Virus record (IMG/VR): IMGVR_UViG_3300029267_004155
Source: a virus
Taxonomy: Duplodnaviria; Caudoviricetes
Strand: one strand, 5' to 3'
Length of the DNA: 64,000 bases
Shown: piece by piece, positions 25,963-36,181 of the stretch
Layout: the number at the start of each line of letters is the position of its first letter
How positions within the stretch are numbered: position 1 is the stretch's first letter
The notes under the pieces: model-generated
What the model saw: only the letters and a program-made list of their open reading frames with translations
What the model was told of the DNA's origin: nothing
The model's database searches: none
Translations under genes and position numbers: made by a program

Positions 25963-28900
25963 ATGAGCAAGTGGTGGGACAGTAGCGAGGGCCCGACGGA
26001 CAAGGGCAACCGCGTGGGGCGCTGGCCCGGCGGCTGGCTCAGGGGCGAGTGGAAGTGCCCGAGGTGCGGGACGATGATCGGGCGCAACCTTCGCGGGCAG
26101 GTGCCGTGGCTCCTGGTGGCGGAGCACGAGAAGGGGTGCAAGTGAGGACTCGGACGAGGAAGGCAGTGATGATGACGGGCATTTTGTGGCTCGTCGGCGT
26201 GGTCTTCTACCTGACGATTGGGGTGGCAGTGAGTCTGTTCCTGCATCACGTCTTCGGAATAGGTGGCTTGGCCCAGTTCGCGGAGCTCGCCGAGATATAC
26301 CTTCGATCATGGACGAACTTCTGCGCGGGGTTCTTGTTCTGTCTGGTGTGGAGGTCCTGGTGAAGAGGCTGACGAAACTTCAGGAGATGGCTGCCGAGGT
26401 TCTCTGGCAGGGGACTGGCTGGGGGCGCTACCATTTCAGCCTCTCCACCTACAAGCTCACCGAGTGCCTCTACGGGGAGGGGCGATCCCAGAGGGACGCT
26501 CCCAACCGATGGGACAAGAACCCCAGGGGGCGCGCCTTCCTGATGGGCAACGTCCAGCGGAGCATGGCCAGGCGCCCGGACGTGTTCGTGGTCTTCGTGG
26601 CGCATGGAAGCGGAAGCACGATGGCCTCTCTGACGAAAGAGGCGGTGGCGACGAGGAAGGGGGTTTGACCATGGCGAGGATGCGGATAGTCAGGTTCAGC
26701 GAGCTCAACGCGAACGGGAGCTTTCGCGCCAGGGACTACACGGGTCCGAGCGCTCAGGACGTGGAGCGGCAGGAGGCCGTTGTTCGCGGGCGTGAGGGCA
26801 GGCTGGCGGCGGCCAGGCGCAAGCTGGACGACATCAAGGCCGAGCGGGACCGTTTCGCCGGCATGGCCAGGGAGATTTGACATGGACGCGCAGGAGATCG
26901 TGGACAGGTTGGAGGCCGAGCCGGAGAGGACCATCGGGGAGATGCTGACCGCCGACGAGATCAGGCTGCTCCGGACGACGGTCGGGGTTCCGTGGGTCAG
27001 CGTGGCCATGGAGCGTCCGAGCAACGTCGGGCGGGGCATGGTCCGGACGGACCTCGAGGACGTGAGCCGGGAGCGCATGCGCCTGAAGGTGGCGCGGCTC
27101 CGCATGGAGGGATGGAGGGTGGCATGACGGAGATCAGGTCAGGCATGGTGAGGTGCGTGGACGCCACGGGGCGGCCGGGGCTCCGGGAGGGGTCCTTCTA
27201 CCAGCTCGTCGAGGTGGGCGGCAAGCGCGGCGAGTTGATCGTCGTCATGGTCGACGGGAAGGGGGAGGGCTTCATGACGGAGCGGTTCGGGGTTCCGTCC
27301 ATGGCGCAGCTGCGGGCCGTCGAGCTTCTCCATGGCGGATACTACCAGACGAGCAACAAGTTCAGGAGCGTGGCGTGCCTTCCGAGGGGCGCCGACCCCG
27401 TCGAGCTGCTGGGGAGCGTCTCCGGCCGGCCGGAGTGGGCCGAGTTGCTCGGGCCGGCGTCGTGCACGGACCAGTATCTCCGGAGATATGGGACGGCCGC
27501 GTGCCCGGCGTGGGCGACGCTCGACCCGCCGGGGGCGAACCCGAGGAAGTTCGCCGTGGTGCCCGACGACGTCTTCAGGGAGTTCAGGAAGATGGGTGGC
27601 GGCCCGGTGGCCGGCTTCCTGAGAGGGGACAAGTGGGTGATGGAGACAACGCCATGACTGACGAGGACAGGGACATCCTGGAGAGGCACGGGTGGACGGT
27701 CGAGTGCGAGTCGCCCTGCGAGGTCTCGCACGAGGACGGATCGTTCGCGAGAGGCAGGCGGCCCGTCGACGCCCTGGTCTGGTTCCTGAAGGACGAGGAG
27801 AAGGACGAGAGCGACTACGACCGGGGCTATCACGACGGGGAGCAGGGAAATTATGGAGGACGACGATGACGACGACGGTTGGCCAGGTGGAGACGCCCGA
27901 GCTTGACAAGATGCTGAAGGTCAAGGACAGGAGCCGGGCCATCGGCGAGTTCCTGGAGTGGCTCCGGGAGGAGAAGGGCTACTCCGTCATGCGGTGGTCG
28001 AAGAGGCGGGACTGGGCCGAGTTCGACGAGGACGACCCCAAGGGGGACGAGCTGAGCGACTTGGGCGGCGTGCATGTTCGGGAGTCGACGGAGAAGCTGC
28101 TGGCCGAGTTCTTCGACATCGACCTGGGTAGGGTGGAGCAGGAGCGCCGGGCGCTTCTGGAGGCGATAAGGAGTAAAGGATGAGCGAGCATCTGACAAGG
28201 ATGATTGCCGAGGACGCGATTCTCACATTCGCCGAGCCGCATCCGACCGGTGGCGACGCGGTCGTCACCATCACGGCCAGGAAGGCTGTTGCCTTCCAGA
28301 TGAGGGGGCGCGACTACGAGTCGGACGAGGCGGCCCTGGACGACTTCATGGTCGTCAACTGGGCGACGGAGGCGCCGGCGAAGAGGCGCTTGGAGAGTTC
28401 TGGTGTCTACGTGCCGCCCACGCTCTCCCAGGTGGCCGCGGAGTATGTCGAGAAGGAGCCGGAGGAGCCAGAGGAGTCGCATTGCGACCAGTGCGACATG
28501 CAGGCTCATTGCCAGGCCGTGTTCGAGAACGGGAAGACCTGTCCGGTGTTTGGGAAAGGCCTCGTTTACAAGCGCAATGTGAAGGAGTAGGCGACATGAC
28601 CATGAACCAGGCGATCGTGTTGTTTGACGTGCGACGTGGCTTCAATAAGAGCCGTCACGCGGGGACGGTGAAGGACGACCTGAGGGTCTTGGAGGAGGCC
28701 GGGTTCATCAAGAGGGGGAAAGCGCTCGGGGTGAGCTTCGAGTGGGTGCTTACTCAGGACGGTGAGAACCTGTGCAAGGACACCTTGGCCGATCTGGACT
28801 ACGCCTTGAGGGAGGCCCAGGAATGACTTGGGCGAAACGTATGAAGCTGAGGCTGGCCATCTGGCTCCTGGGGCCGTCGGAGGACCTGGAGAAGCTCGTG

Positions 28901-29394
28901 GGCGAGACCTATGAGGCGATCTGGCCTAAGCATCACTTCTACAAGGACGCCACGATGGAGATGCTCGGAAAGGCTCTGCATCTGGCGAGGGCGATAGGGG
29001 GGCATGCCGGCATCCTTGTCGCGGTCGGTTTCGGGTGCGCCCTGATGGGGGTGGCGACTGGGAGCTTCAGATGACCAAGCCAGAGATCATGCAGTTCGGG
29101 AACGGCTACCGCTGCTACCGGTTCGTCTTCCACCTGGGTCGCGACTACCGCATTCCCAGATGGAGGGGAGGCGAGAAGACCTGGAGGGTCGTCAGGTTCG
29201 TCAAGGTGACCAGGAAGGGCTTCAACCTCCTGGACCTGGAGACGAGCAAGTGCCTGTTCCCGCGGACCAAGCTGTACGACCGGAAGTGGTCTGGGAAGGA
29301 CATCCCGCCGGAGCAGAAGCGGTTCGAGGTCCAGATGCCCGCGTACTTCCCGGTGCCCGAGCCGGTGGCCTCGGAGGAGGAGAAGTCGTCGTGA
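25963..29394 (+). other. run of translationally coupled small hypothetical CDSs: 25963-26145, 26142-26363 (hydrophobic), 26360-26668, 26671-26880, 26882-27127, 27124-27657, 27654-27869, 27866-28183, 28180-28590, 28596-28826, 28823-29074, 29071-29394
   Basis: ATGA/GTGA overlaps and RBSs. Confidence 0.7.
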
Positions 29395-29397
29395 CGG

Positions 29398-29435
29398 GTG
29401 GAAAACCTTGCTTGTTCGGCAATGTAGGGGTGGAG
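29398..29435 (+). promoter_or_regulatory. repeated bipartite motif, copy 7
   Basis: GTGGAAAA-N12-GGCAATGTAGGGGTGGAG. Confidence 0.8.
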
Positions 29436-29456
29436 GCTGAACGAAAGGAGACAGCG

Positions 29457-29678
29457 ATGACGGCACTTGAGGCACTTGAGAGGGCGAGGCAGCTGGCGAG
29501 GCGGGACATCCAGCTGCTCGACGAGGTGATCGAGAGGAAGCAGGGCGACGGTTCCGTGGAGCCGCGGCACTATGCCGACCTGGCGTGCCTGGTCTCGGAG
29601 CGTCGCGGGCTTGTCCGTGGCATGAGCAGCATAGGCATCGTGGCGGAGGTCGTGAATAGCCAGGAGGGAAAGTCATGA
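29457..29678 (+). CDS. hypothetical protein
   Basis: AAGGAG RBS. Confidence 0.7.
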   Translation: MTALEALERARQLARRDIQLLDEVIERKQGDGSVEPRHYADLACLVSERRGLVRGMSSIGIVAEVVNSQEGKS

Positions 29679-29995
29679 TCGTGAATGGAACGACCTACAA
29701 CAGCGAGACGCCGCAGAAGGTGGTCGACGTCCTGGAGCGGGCACGGGCCCGGGGGACGCGGCTGCGCCTGGTGCTGGGCGACGCGGAGACGGGCGAGTCG
29801 TGGCATGCCACGCACATGGTCACGGGGACGGTCGGGCGCTCTATGGGGCCGATGAAGGTCCCGCTGATGATCGCGAGCCCCCGCAGCCTGGGCGGCCCGG
29901 CGATCCTCGACCACTGCGTGATCGGGGTCCGTCATGCGAACCGGAAGAACGGGGGCTGGCTCTACCGGCATCCGAAGTACAAGGGGAACGAGTGA
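29675..29995 (+). CDS. hypothetical protein
   Basis: ATGA coupling. Confidence 0.75.
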   Translation: MIVNGTTYNSETPQKVVDVLERARARGTRLRLVLGDAETGESWHATHMVTGTVGRSMGPMKVPLMIASPRSLGGPAILDHCVIGVRHANRKNGGWLYRHPKYKGNE

Positions 29996-30098
29996 TACAA
30001 TTCTTTGATAACCGGGCCAAGGTAGGAACGTCCTTAGTCCGGCGTGTGTCTTCCGGTTTTGGGTGTCGGGACGCGACACCGGATGAAAGGAGGAGGCG

Positions 30099-30266
30099 AT
30101 GAAGAGGCTCTTGGAGTTCTTCAGGTATGTTTTTGGCTTTCCGCGTCTGTGTGACGCGCCGCCGGATGTCAGGGAGCGTGGTCGGCGCCACACCCTGCCA
30201 GCTGTCGCGGGCGTCAGCGGACGCAGGGAGCCGCAGCCGAAAGAGCGTGAGGTGAAAGATGATTAG
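30099..30266 (+). CDS. small hypothetical protein (55 aa, absent from ORF track)
   Basis: AAGGAGGAGG RBS; overlaps next start. Confidence 0.5.
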   Translation: MKRLLEFFRYVFGFPRLCDAPPDVRERGRRHTLPAVAGVSGRREPQPKEREVKDD

Positions 30267-30861
30267 GATGCGTTTCGTCTTGTCGTGGGATGGTCGAGAG
30301 GCTGTTATTCGTCCATGGTCGTTCTGGCGCGGGCGCGTCGCCGCCGGGGGTGAGGATTTCAACATCTCGCCAGGGGCCATGATCGTCCTGTCGACCGACG
30401 TCAACGCCGAGAGGGAAAAGGGATGGAAGGGCAAGCTGTCCAGCATCATCAAGACGCTCTACAACCGCATGATGAAGAGCTGGCTGACGAAGGACGTCAT
30501 GGACCCGATGTTCGAGAAGCGAGGGATGGACTCTGGATGGTCGATCGGGAACCTGTTCCGTGGTCGGTACTTCGACCAGAAGACGGGCAAGGTGTACAAT
30601 GAGAAGTCGTTCGCCATTGACGTGCGGGGCGTCGAGCTTGACTTCATGGAGGACGTGGCCGGGCAGCTGGGGAAGAAGTTCAAGCAGAGGTCGGTGCTGC
30701 TGATCGACAACTCGACCGGTCGCGGGAAGTTCGTCGAAACCGGCTACGGGGGCAAGGAGGAGAAGAGCGTCAGCGCGGCGTTGGCCGACGAGGACATGTC
30801 CGGCGTGGGGATGGCGAGGGAGCTGCTCGTGCTGGCGCGGGAACTGGTTGGGACGATCTGA
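30259..30861 (+). CDS. hypothetical protein with C-terminal ARELLxLARELVG helix
   Basis: GAGG RBS. Confidence 0.75.
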   Translation: MIRMRFVLSWDGREAVIRPWSFWRGRVAAGGEDFNISPGAMIVLSTDVNAEREKGWKGKLSSIIKTLYNRMMKSWLTKDVMDPMFEKRGMDSGWSIGNLFRGRYFDQKTGKVYNEKSFAIDVRGVELDFMEDVAGQLGKKFKQRSVLLIDNSTGRGKFVETGYGGKEEKSVSAALADEDMSGVGMARELLVLARELVGTI

Positions 30862-30887
30862 CGACGGATGCTACAGGAGTTGACGAC

Positions 30888-31412
30888 ATGAGAGAAGGCT
30901 ACTGGATAAACTATCGGACCGGGAAGGAGTTCCTGGTAGACGAGCACGAGCGCTGGCTCCGGGAGCCGGACAACGCCAGGAGGCTCGGGCTGTCGAGCAA
31001 GGTGGCTGACGCCATTCCCGGCTTCGAGCCTGTCGAGGACAGGGAGAAGATGATCCTGTTCGTCATGCAGCACGCTCCGGTCATGCGGGTTCGCGGGCAT
31101 GGGAACTACGCCACCTTCGAGTACGCGTCCAGGGCCAGGCGCGACCCCATCGAGGCGATCTGGATGTGGGGCCTGCGCAAGGCCGGCGACTACACCGGGA
31201 TGTACATCGTCAACTTCGCCACGGGCGAGAAGACGAGCACCTACTGGAAGGACTTCAAGCAGGCCATGGAGATCGGTGGCGCATCCGAGGTGATGAGGGT
31301 GGCGACCTCCGAGCCGGCGCCTCTCCGGGAGATCGTGGCCAAGGAGCTCCTGGACCTGTCCAGGGAACTGATCGGCGAGCCGTCGGTGCCTCGCTGGGAT
31401 GTCGTCGAGTAG
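30888..31412 (+). CDS. hypothetical protein with C-terminal AKELLxLSRELIG helix
   Basis: AGGAG RBS. Confidence 0.75.
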   Translation: MREGYWINYRTGKEFLVDEHERWLREPDNARRLGLSSKVADAIPGFEPVEDREKMILFVMQHAPVMRVRGHGNYATFEYASRARRDPIEAIWMWGLRKAGDYTGMYIVNFATGEKTSTYWKDFKQAMEIGGASEVMRVATSEPAPLREIVAKELLDLSRELIGEPSVPRWDVVE

Positions 31413-31433
31413 GGTTGCCGACGAGGGAAGACC

Positions 31434-31465
31434 AGGGCGGGACTTCAGGGTCCCGCTCTTTTTTT
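31434..31465 (+). terminator. intrinsic terminator
   Basis: AGGGCGGGAC-TTCAGG-GTCCCGCTCT plus T-tract. Confidence 0.8.
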
Positions 31466-31474
31466 GCCCTCCGC

Positions 31475-31511
31475 GTGGAAAACCTTGCTTGTTCGGAAAT
31501 ATGGGGGGTGA
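31475..31511 (+). promoter_or_regulatory. repeated bipartite motif, copy 8
   Basis: GTGGAAAA-N12-GGAAATATGGGGGGTGA. Confidence 0.75.
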
Positions 31512-31562
31512 CGACGGCAAGAGTGAAGGAGAATGATGGCGGCGTATAATTAGGAGATTGCC

Positions 31563-33125
31563 ATGAAAGAGACGCTGGAGCAATTCACCGAGCGGATGGG
31601 CGCTGTCGAGAAGGAGGAGGAGTTCTGGGTCAACGAGCGCCGGGGCCACTCTCGGGCGGTTTTCAAGTTCGAGGGTATGTACTGTTGTCTGGAATCCACG
31701 GGCTACGTGACACCTCCGAGCGGGATGTCCCCGGGCGCCAGGCTCTCCCTGATCCTGCGTCACGAGCCCACGGACTACTGGTGGACGGACTTCGAGGAGT
31801 TCGGAGAGTCACGCTCCCGGCGTATCGCCAGGCACTACGGGGGTCGGGCCGAGGAGACTCCGTATGGCGAGGACGGGTGGTACTACTTTCATTTCGACGA
31901 GTTCGAGAACCTGTGCAAGCTGCTCTACGATAGGAAAACTGGGGTGTTCGACGAGATGTGGAAGGAGGCGGTGGCATGAAGAGGAAGCCGGACATCGGGG
32001 AGCTGATGGCGATGACGGGCTGCAAGAGCGGCTCCGTCGTCTCGCGGACGTTTGCGATGATGGAGATCGCGGAGGAGGAGATCGACAAGGCGGAGAGGGC
32101 CGATCCGGAGAACGCCGAGGCCATCCACGACGTCTTCCGGCTCTGCTGTCCGACGGCCGTCCTCCGGGACGCGCCGGACAACTGCTACCGGGCGCACGTC
32201 CGGAACATTTGCGAGCGTGCGGCGAAGGGTGAGGACATGAGGCCGGCGACCGACGGCGAGCTGATGGCGTGTCTCTGCTTCACGAGCATGGGCGCGCCGT
32301 TGGACCGCGTTCACTCGCTGCTCTACTACCGGCTGGCCAAGGCCAACCTTGACTTCGACATGCCGGAGTGGGACGACGGCCTGTGGCAGGAGTCGTGGCC
32401 GGGCGAGTGCGACGAGGTCGAGAAGGACATGCGGAGGCGGCTCCGGGACGACGGGAGGAAGGCGGCGTGAAAGTCAAGGTCGACGGAAAGAACGTGGACG
32501 TGTGCCACAAGGACTGCCCGAGCCAGGAGTGCTTCCATCTCGGGCAGGACAAGGGGACGTTCGTCCAGGGGCGCGGCTACACGTCCTACCACGACAAGCC
32601 ACGGTGGGTTTGCTGGACGAGGCATCTTCACGGGTGCCCGGATGGATGGCTCTGTCCCGCGCCTTGCAACACGGTCATGGCGCCTCCGGTCGAGAAGTGC
32701 CGGTGGTGCGGGAAGACCCGGGAGGAGGCTGGGGCATGACCTGGTACGACTGCTTGAGGGAGAGTGGCTGCGCGTGCGCGATGGTGAGGGCGAAGGGCTA
32801 CTTCTTTCACCAGGGGCGACTCTGGGAGGTCGTGGCGGACGCCGGGACGCCGTACCACGTGACGGACGCGCTCAGGAACAGGGACAGGGCCAGGTTCGAG
32901 GACTTGGACTGGGGCGACATCGAATGGGAGTCCATGAAGGGTGTCAAGACGAAGCCCCGTTCCGAGATCATGAGGTTGGCGGCGCTCGACCGTCAAAGGA
33001 CGGGGCCGTCCTCGTTGTACGACCTGGGGAGGCTGAAGCGGAAGCTGATCGCCGACAGGCGGTACGAGGACGCGGCCATGGTGGTCGCCGTCGAGATGAT
33101 GGCCGAACAGGAGGGGATGCTATGA
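31563..33125 (+). other. coupled hypothetical CDSs: 31563-31979, 31976-32470, 32467-32739 (Cys-rich), 32736-33125
   Basis: ATGA/GTGA overlaps and RBSs. Confidence 0.7.
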
Positions 33126-33556
33126 ACTGGGTGCTATTCCTTGCCGCATTGATCCTGGCCGAGAGTGACGGCGACCCGAACGCGGTCGGCGACACGCATC
33201 TCCGGAACCGGGCGTACGGCCTGTGCCAGATCAGGCAGCCGTACCTGGACGACGTCAACCGGATCGCGGGGACGAGCCACTCCATGGCCGACGTCCGGGC
33301 GTCCGCGACGCTGTCCCGGTGGTGCGTGGTGACCTACGTCCGGCACTACGGCGCCAGGTACGAGAGAGAGACCGGGAACGCCTTGGGCATGGAGGTCGCG
33401 TACCGCATCCACAACGGCGGGCCGGACGGTTGGAGAAGGCGGTCGACGGTGCCCGCGCTCATGCGTTTCCTGAGAAGGCGCGACCTCCTGGTGGAAAACT
33501 CTGCTTCTTTGGCAATATGGGGGTGGAGACGAAACCGGACAGGAGGATCGAGATGA
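33122..33556 (+). CDS. lysozyme-like muralytic enzyme (i-type/destabilase-like)
   Basis: ILAES catalytic Glu, AYGLCQIRQPYLDD and RIHNGGP motifs. Confidence 0.75.
   Translation: MNWVLFLAALILAESDGDPNAVGDTHLRNRAYGLCQIRQPYLDDVNRIAGTSHSMADVRASATLSRWCVVTYVRHYGARYERETGNALGMEVAYRIHNGGPDGWRRRSTVPALMRFLRRRDLLVENSASLAIWGWRRNRTGGSR
33491..33528 (+). promoter_or_regulatory. repeated bipartite motif, copy 9
   Basis: GTGGAAAA-N12-GGCAATATGGGGGTGGAG inside the 3' end of the lysozyme ORF. Confidence 0.8.
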
Positions 33557-34684
33557 GTCTGACCGAGAAAGCTTGCGAGATCGGTGGCGAGGCCGTGGCG
33601 GCGGCCCGGGAGTCCGGGGCCCGCCGCGGTCGCGCGGTCAACGTGGACCAGTATGCCATCGGGTGGCTGTCGTCCCGGTGCGCGCGGCTGGAGCGGGAGC
33701 TCGCCGCGTCCAGGGCCTACGCCCGAGGCTTGGCGAAGGAGGTGTCGGCATGAGCGGCAAGACGTGTCATGATTGCGGGGCGAAGCCGGGAGAGATGCAC
33801 GAGCGGGGATGCGACGTGGAGAGGTGTCCCCTCTGTGGCGGCCAGGCCATCGGGTGCGATTGCATTTACGAGGAGCTGGCGGAGGAGTACGGCTGGGAGC
33901 ACAAGCCGATGCTGTATGTGAGGACCGGCGACCCGGTTCCGGACGGCTATGTCTTGGAGGCGGCGTGCAGGGACGGGAGGTCCGTGTGCTGCTTTCCAAA
34001 CAATGGACTTCCGGAGGACATCTACTGTGGCGGTCCGACCGAGGAGATGCGGGAGAAGTTCGAGGAGATCGTCGAGGCGGCCGGTGGCCGCTTGCCGTGG
34101 ACGGGAGACTGGCCCGGGGTTGCGGAATGCGAGAAGTTCGGCTTCTACTGCCACATGACTCCGAAGGGGCGGGTTTCCTGTGACAAGGATCGTTCGGGTG
34201 CGAGCCACGACCTGAACCGGATTTACAAGGATTGCGTCTGGGACCGGCAGAAGAGAGAGTTCGTTCTCAAGGAGAAGACATGAGGCCGCTCATCATAGAC
34301 GGGGAAGCCTTGGTCGCCATCGCGAAGGTGATCGAGCACGCCGAGGCCAACGTGGTCACGAGGCGCAGGCTCCTGGCGGCCGTCGAGGGTCTGGGGTCTC
34401 CTGTTGGCGACGAGGAAGGGCATGTCTGTTACCTCCGGGACGGCTACCGGGTGGCTTTCTCCGTCGAGGATCAGATCGTCGGTATGGCCCGACACATCTC
34501 AGTGTCGGTCCCGGAAGGGAAGGACTATCCCAATCCAAGGGCGGTCTCCTTCATCATGCAGCAGTTTGGCTTCAGGGAAACGGACTTGACGAGGAAGCTG
34601 AGTGGCCTCATCACGGTCTGGTTGGAGGAAGAGGTGCGAGCTGTCAATGTGGTTGAGCTCATAAGCAAGGAGGCCGGGAAATGA
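33553..34684 (+). other. coupled hypothetical CDSs: 33553-33753, 33750-34283 (Cys/His Zn-binding), 34280-34684
   Basis: ATGA overlaps and RBSs. Confidence 0.7.
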
Positions 34685-36078
34685 GGACGAGATGGTTGGT
34701 GGCACTGATGATGATGGTTCTCGGGGTCGCGGCGACGGCGCAGATGAGGCCCAGGAAGCACGACGCGAAACGTCCGGGAGTCGATCGCCATGGCTTCCTG
34801 CCGGTCAGGAGGGATCATTTCAAGCGCGACGGGAGGCTGATCTTCGTGGAGAACGACAAGGCACGGGAGGTGAGGAAGGAATGGCTGAAGAAGCCCCATG
34901 AAGAGAGGGCCCAGATTCTCATCGACGCCGGCATGGTGAGGGTGCAGCCTCTCGCTCTCGACGGCATCAAGGGCGCGCAGCGCCTGGGGATGAAACGCCG
35001 CCAAGGCCACTTTTATCAGTTCTTTGAGGTCGAGGGCGTGACCTGGCACGAGGCCAAGGCGAAGTGCGAGGAGATGGGCGGCCACCTCGCCACGATTGAC
35101 AGCAGGGAGGAGAACAGGGCCATCAGCGGCACCTTGTCTCAGATGACCAACCGTGCCTGGATCGGCGCCTCCAACACCAAGAGCACGGGCAGGTGGGCAT
35201 GGGTCAAGAGCAGCGAGATGTGGCGCTACCGGTATTGGGTCAGCGGCAGGAAGATCGGCAAGAACGACGTCAAGCGCATCCTCAGGGCCAGGGCGGTGAG
35301 GAGGAAGCTGCTTGGGAGGGCGGCGGAGAAGCGCGCCGAGCTTGTCGTCGAGGCCGAGGGGAAGGCGGCGAAATACCTGGCTGGGGCCAAGAAGTCCAAT
35401 AACGTCACCAGGAACGTCATGAAGGCCGTGGTGATGGGCGCCAAGCTGATCGACAAGGCGAACGAGAGGGCAGACCTCATCGAGCTCGACGCCCGCGAGC
35501 ATGGGGCGCGAGTGCTGATCGAGGCTCACAAGCTGAAGTACCGGGAGGCTCTGAACCAGAAGCGGGAGGACAAGGTCGCGGCGATGGAGGCCTTGATTGC
35601 CACGAGCGACAAGGCCTATCTGAACAACAGGGTCGGCAACTACATGTACATGATCCGAGGCGGCCGCTGGAACGCCAGGTTCGCGGACGGCGGCTGGCTT
35701 GAGAAGGGCGACACGGACGGCAATTCCATCAACGGCTTCGTGTGCGAGTGGGACGACGAGAAGGACATCAGGTGGGCGCATGGCGAAAGGGTGGGAGAGA
35801 AGGCCGGTCCCGAGGTCAGAGTCTATGTCGAGGGTGCGCGGGGGAGGTCGGCGAGGCGCAAGTTCCGTATCGAGGTCGTGCGGGATAAGACGGCCAACGG
35901 TGTTCCGATCAAGAACGCCAAGGCAACGAGGCGGGCGAGTGGGACGAAGAGAAGGACGTCAGGTGGGCGGCCGGCGAAAGGCCGGCCGAGAGGGTCGCGG
36001 TCCACATCGAGGTCGTGCGGAAGAGGTCGGCGAGGCGCGAGGCCTGGAGGGTCGAGCGGGACAAGAGGGCCCAGGTGA
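34681..36078 (+). CDS. secreted C-type lectin domain protein
   Basis: Signal peptide; TWHEAKAKCEEMGGHLATIDSREEN, AWIG, GRWN and GFVCEW motifs. Confidence 0.8.
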   Translation: MRTRWLVALMMMVLGVAATAQMRPRKHDAKRPGVDRHGFLPVRRDHFKRDGRLIFVENDKAREVRKEWLKKPHEERAQILIDAGMVRVQPLALDGIKGAQRLGMKRRQGHFYQFFEVEGVTWHEAKAKCEEMGGHLATIDSREENRAISGTLSQMTNRAWIGASNTKSTGRWAWVKSSEMWRYRYWVSGRKIGKNDVKRILRARAVRRKLLGRAAEKRAELVVEAEGKAAKYLAGAKKSNNVTRNVMKAVVMGAKLIDKANERADLIELDAREHGARVLIEAHKLKYREALNQKREDKVAAMEALIATSDKAYLNNRVGNYMYMIRGGRWNARFADGGWLEKGDTDGNSINGFVCEWDDEKDIRWAHGERVGEKAGPEVRVYVEGARGRSARRKFRIEVVRDKTANGVPIKNAKATRRASGTKRRTSGGRPAKGRPRGSRSTSRSCGRGRRGARPGGSSGTRGPR

Positions 36079-36181
36079 GTTCGAGTGCTTTTGCCGAGTG
36101 ATTCCGGGCGCCCTCTGGAAACCGGCCGGTCGGGGCGTATAATGGGGGGAGGTCGAATAACGGCCTCCTCCGATTTGCGTC

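Noticed and set aside
2622-33528. Repeated motif as a CRISPR array or sigma54 promoter
   Set aside because: Copies are kilobases apart with genes between them. Where a TTGC is present, the GG-GC spacing is 8 nt, not the 10 nt sigma54 needs.
35744-35981. DGR variable/template repeat at the end of the C-type lectin
   Set aside because: Mismatches are not adenine-specific and no reverse transcriptase is present in the window.
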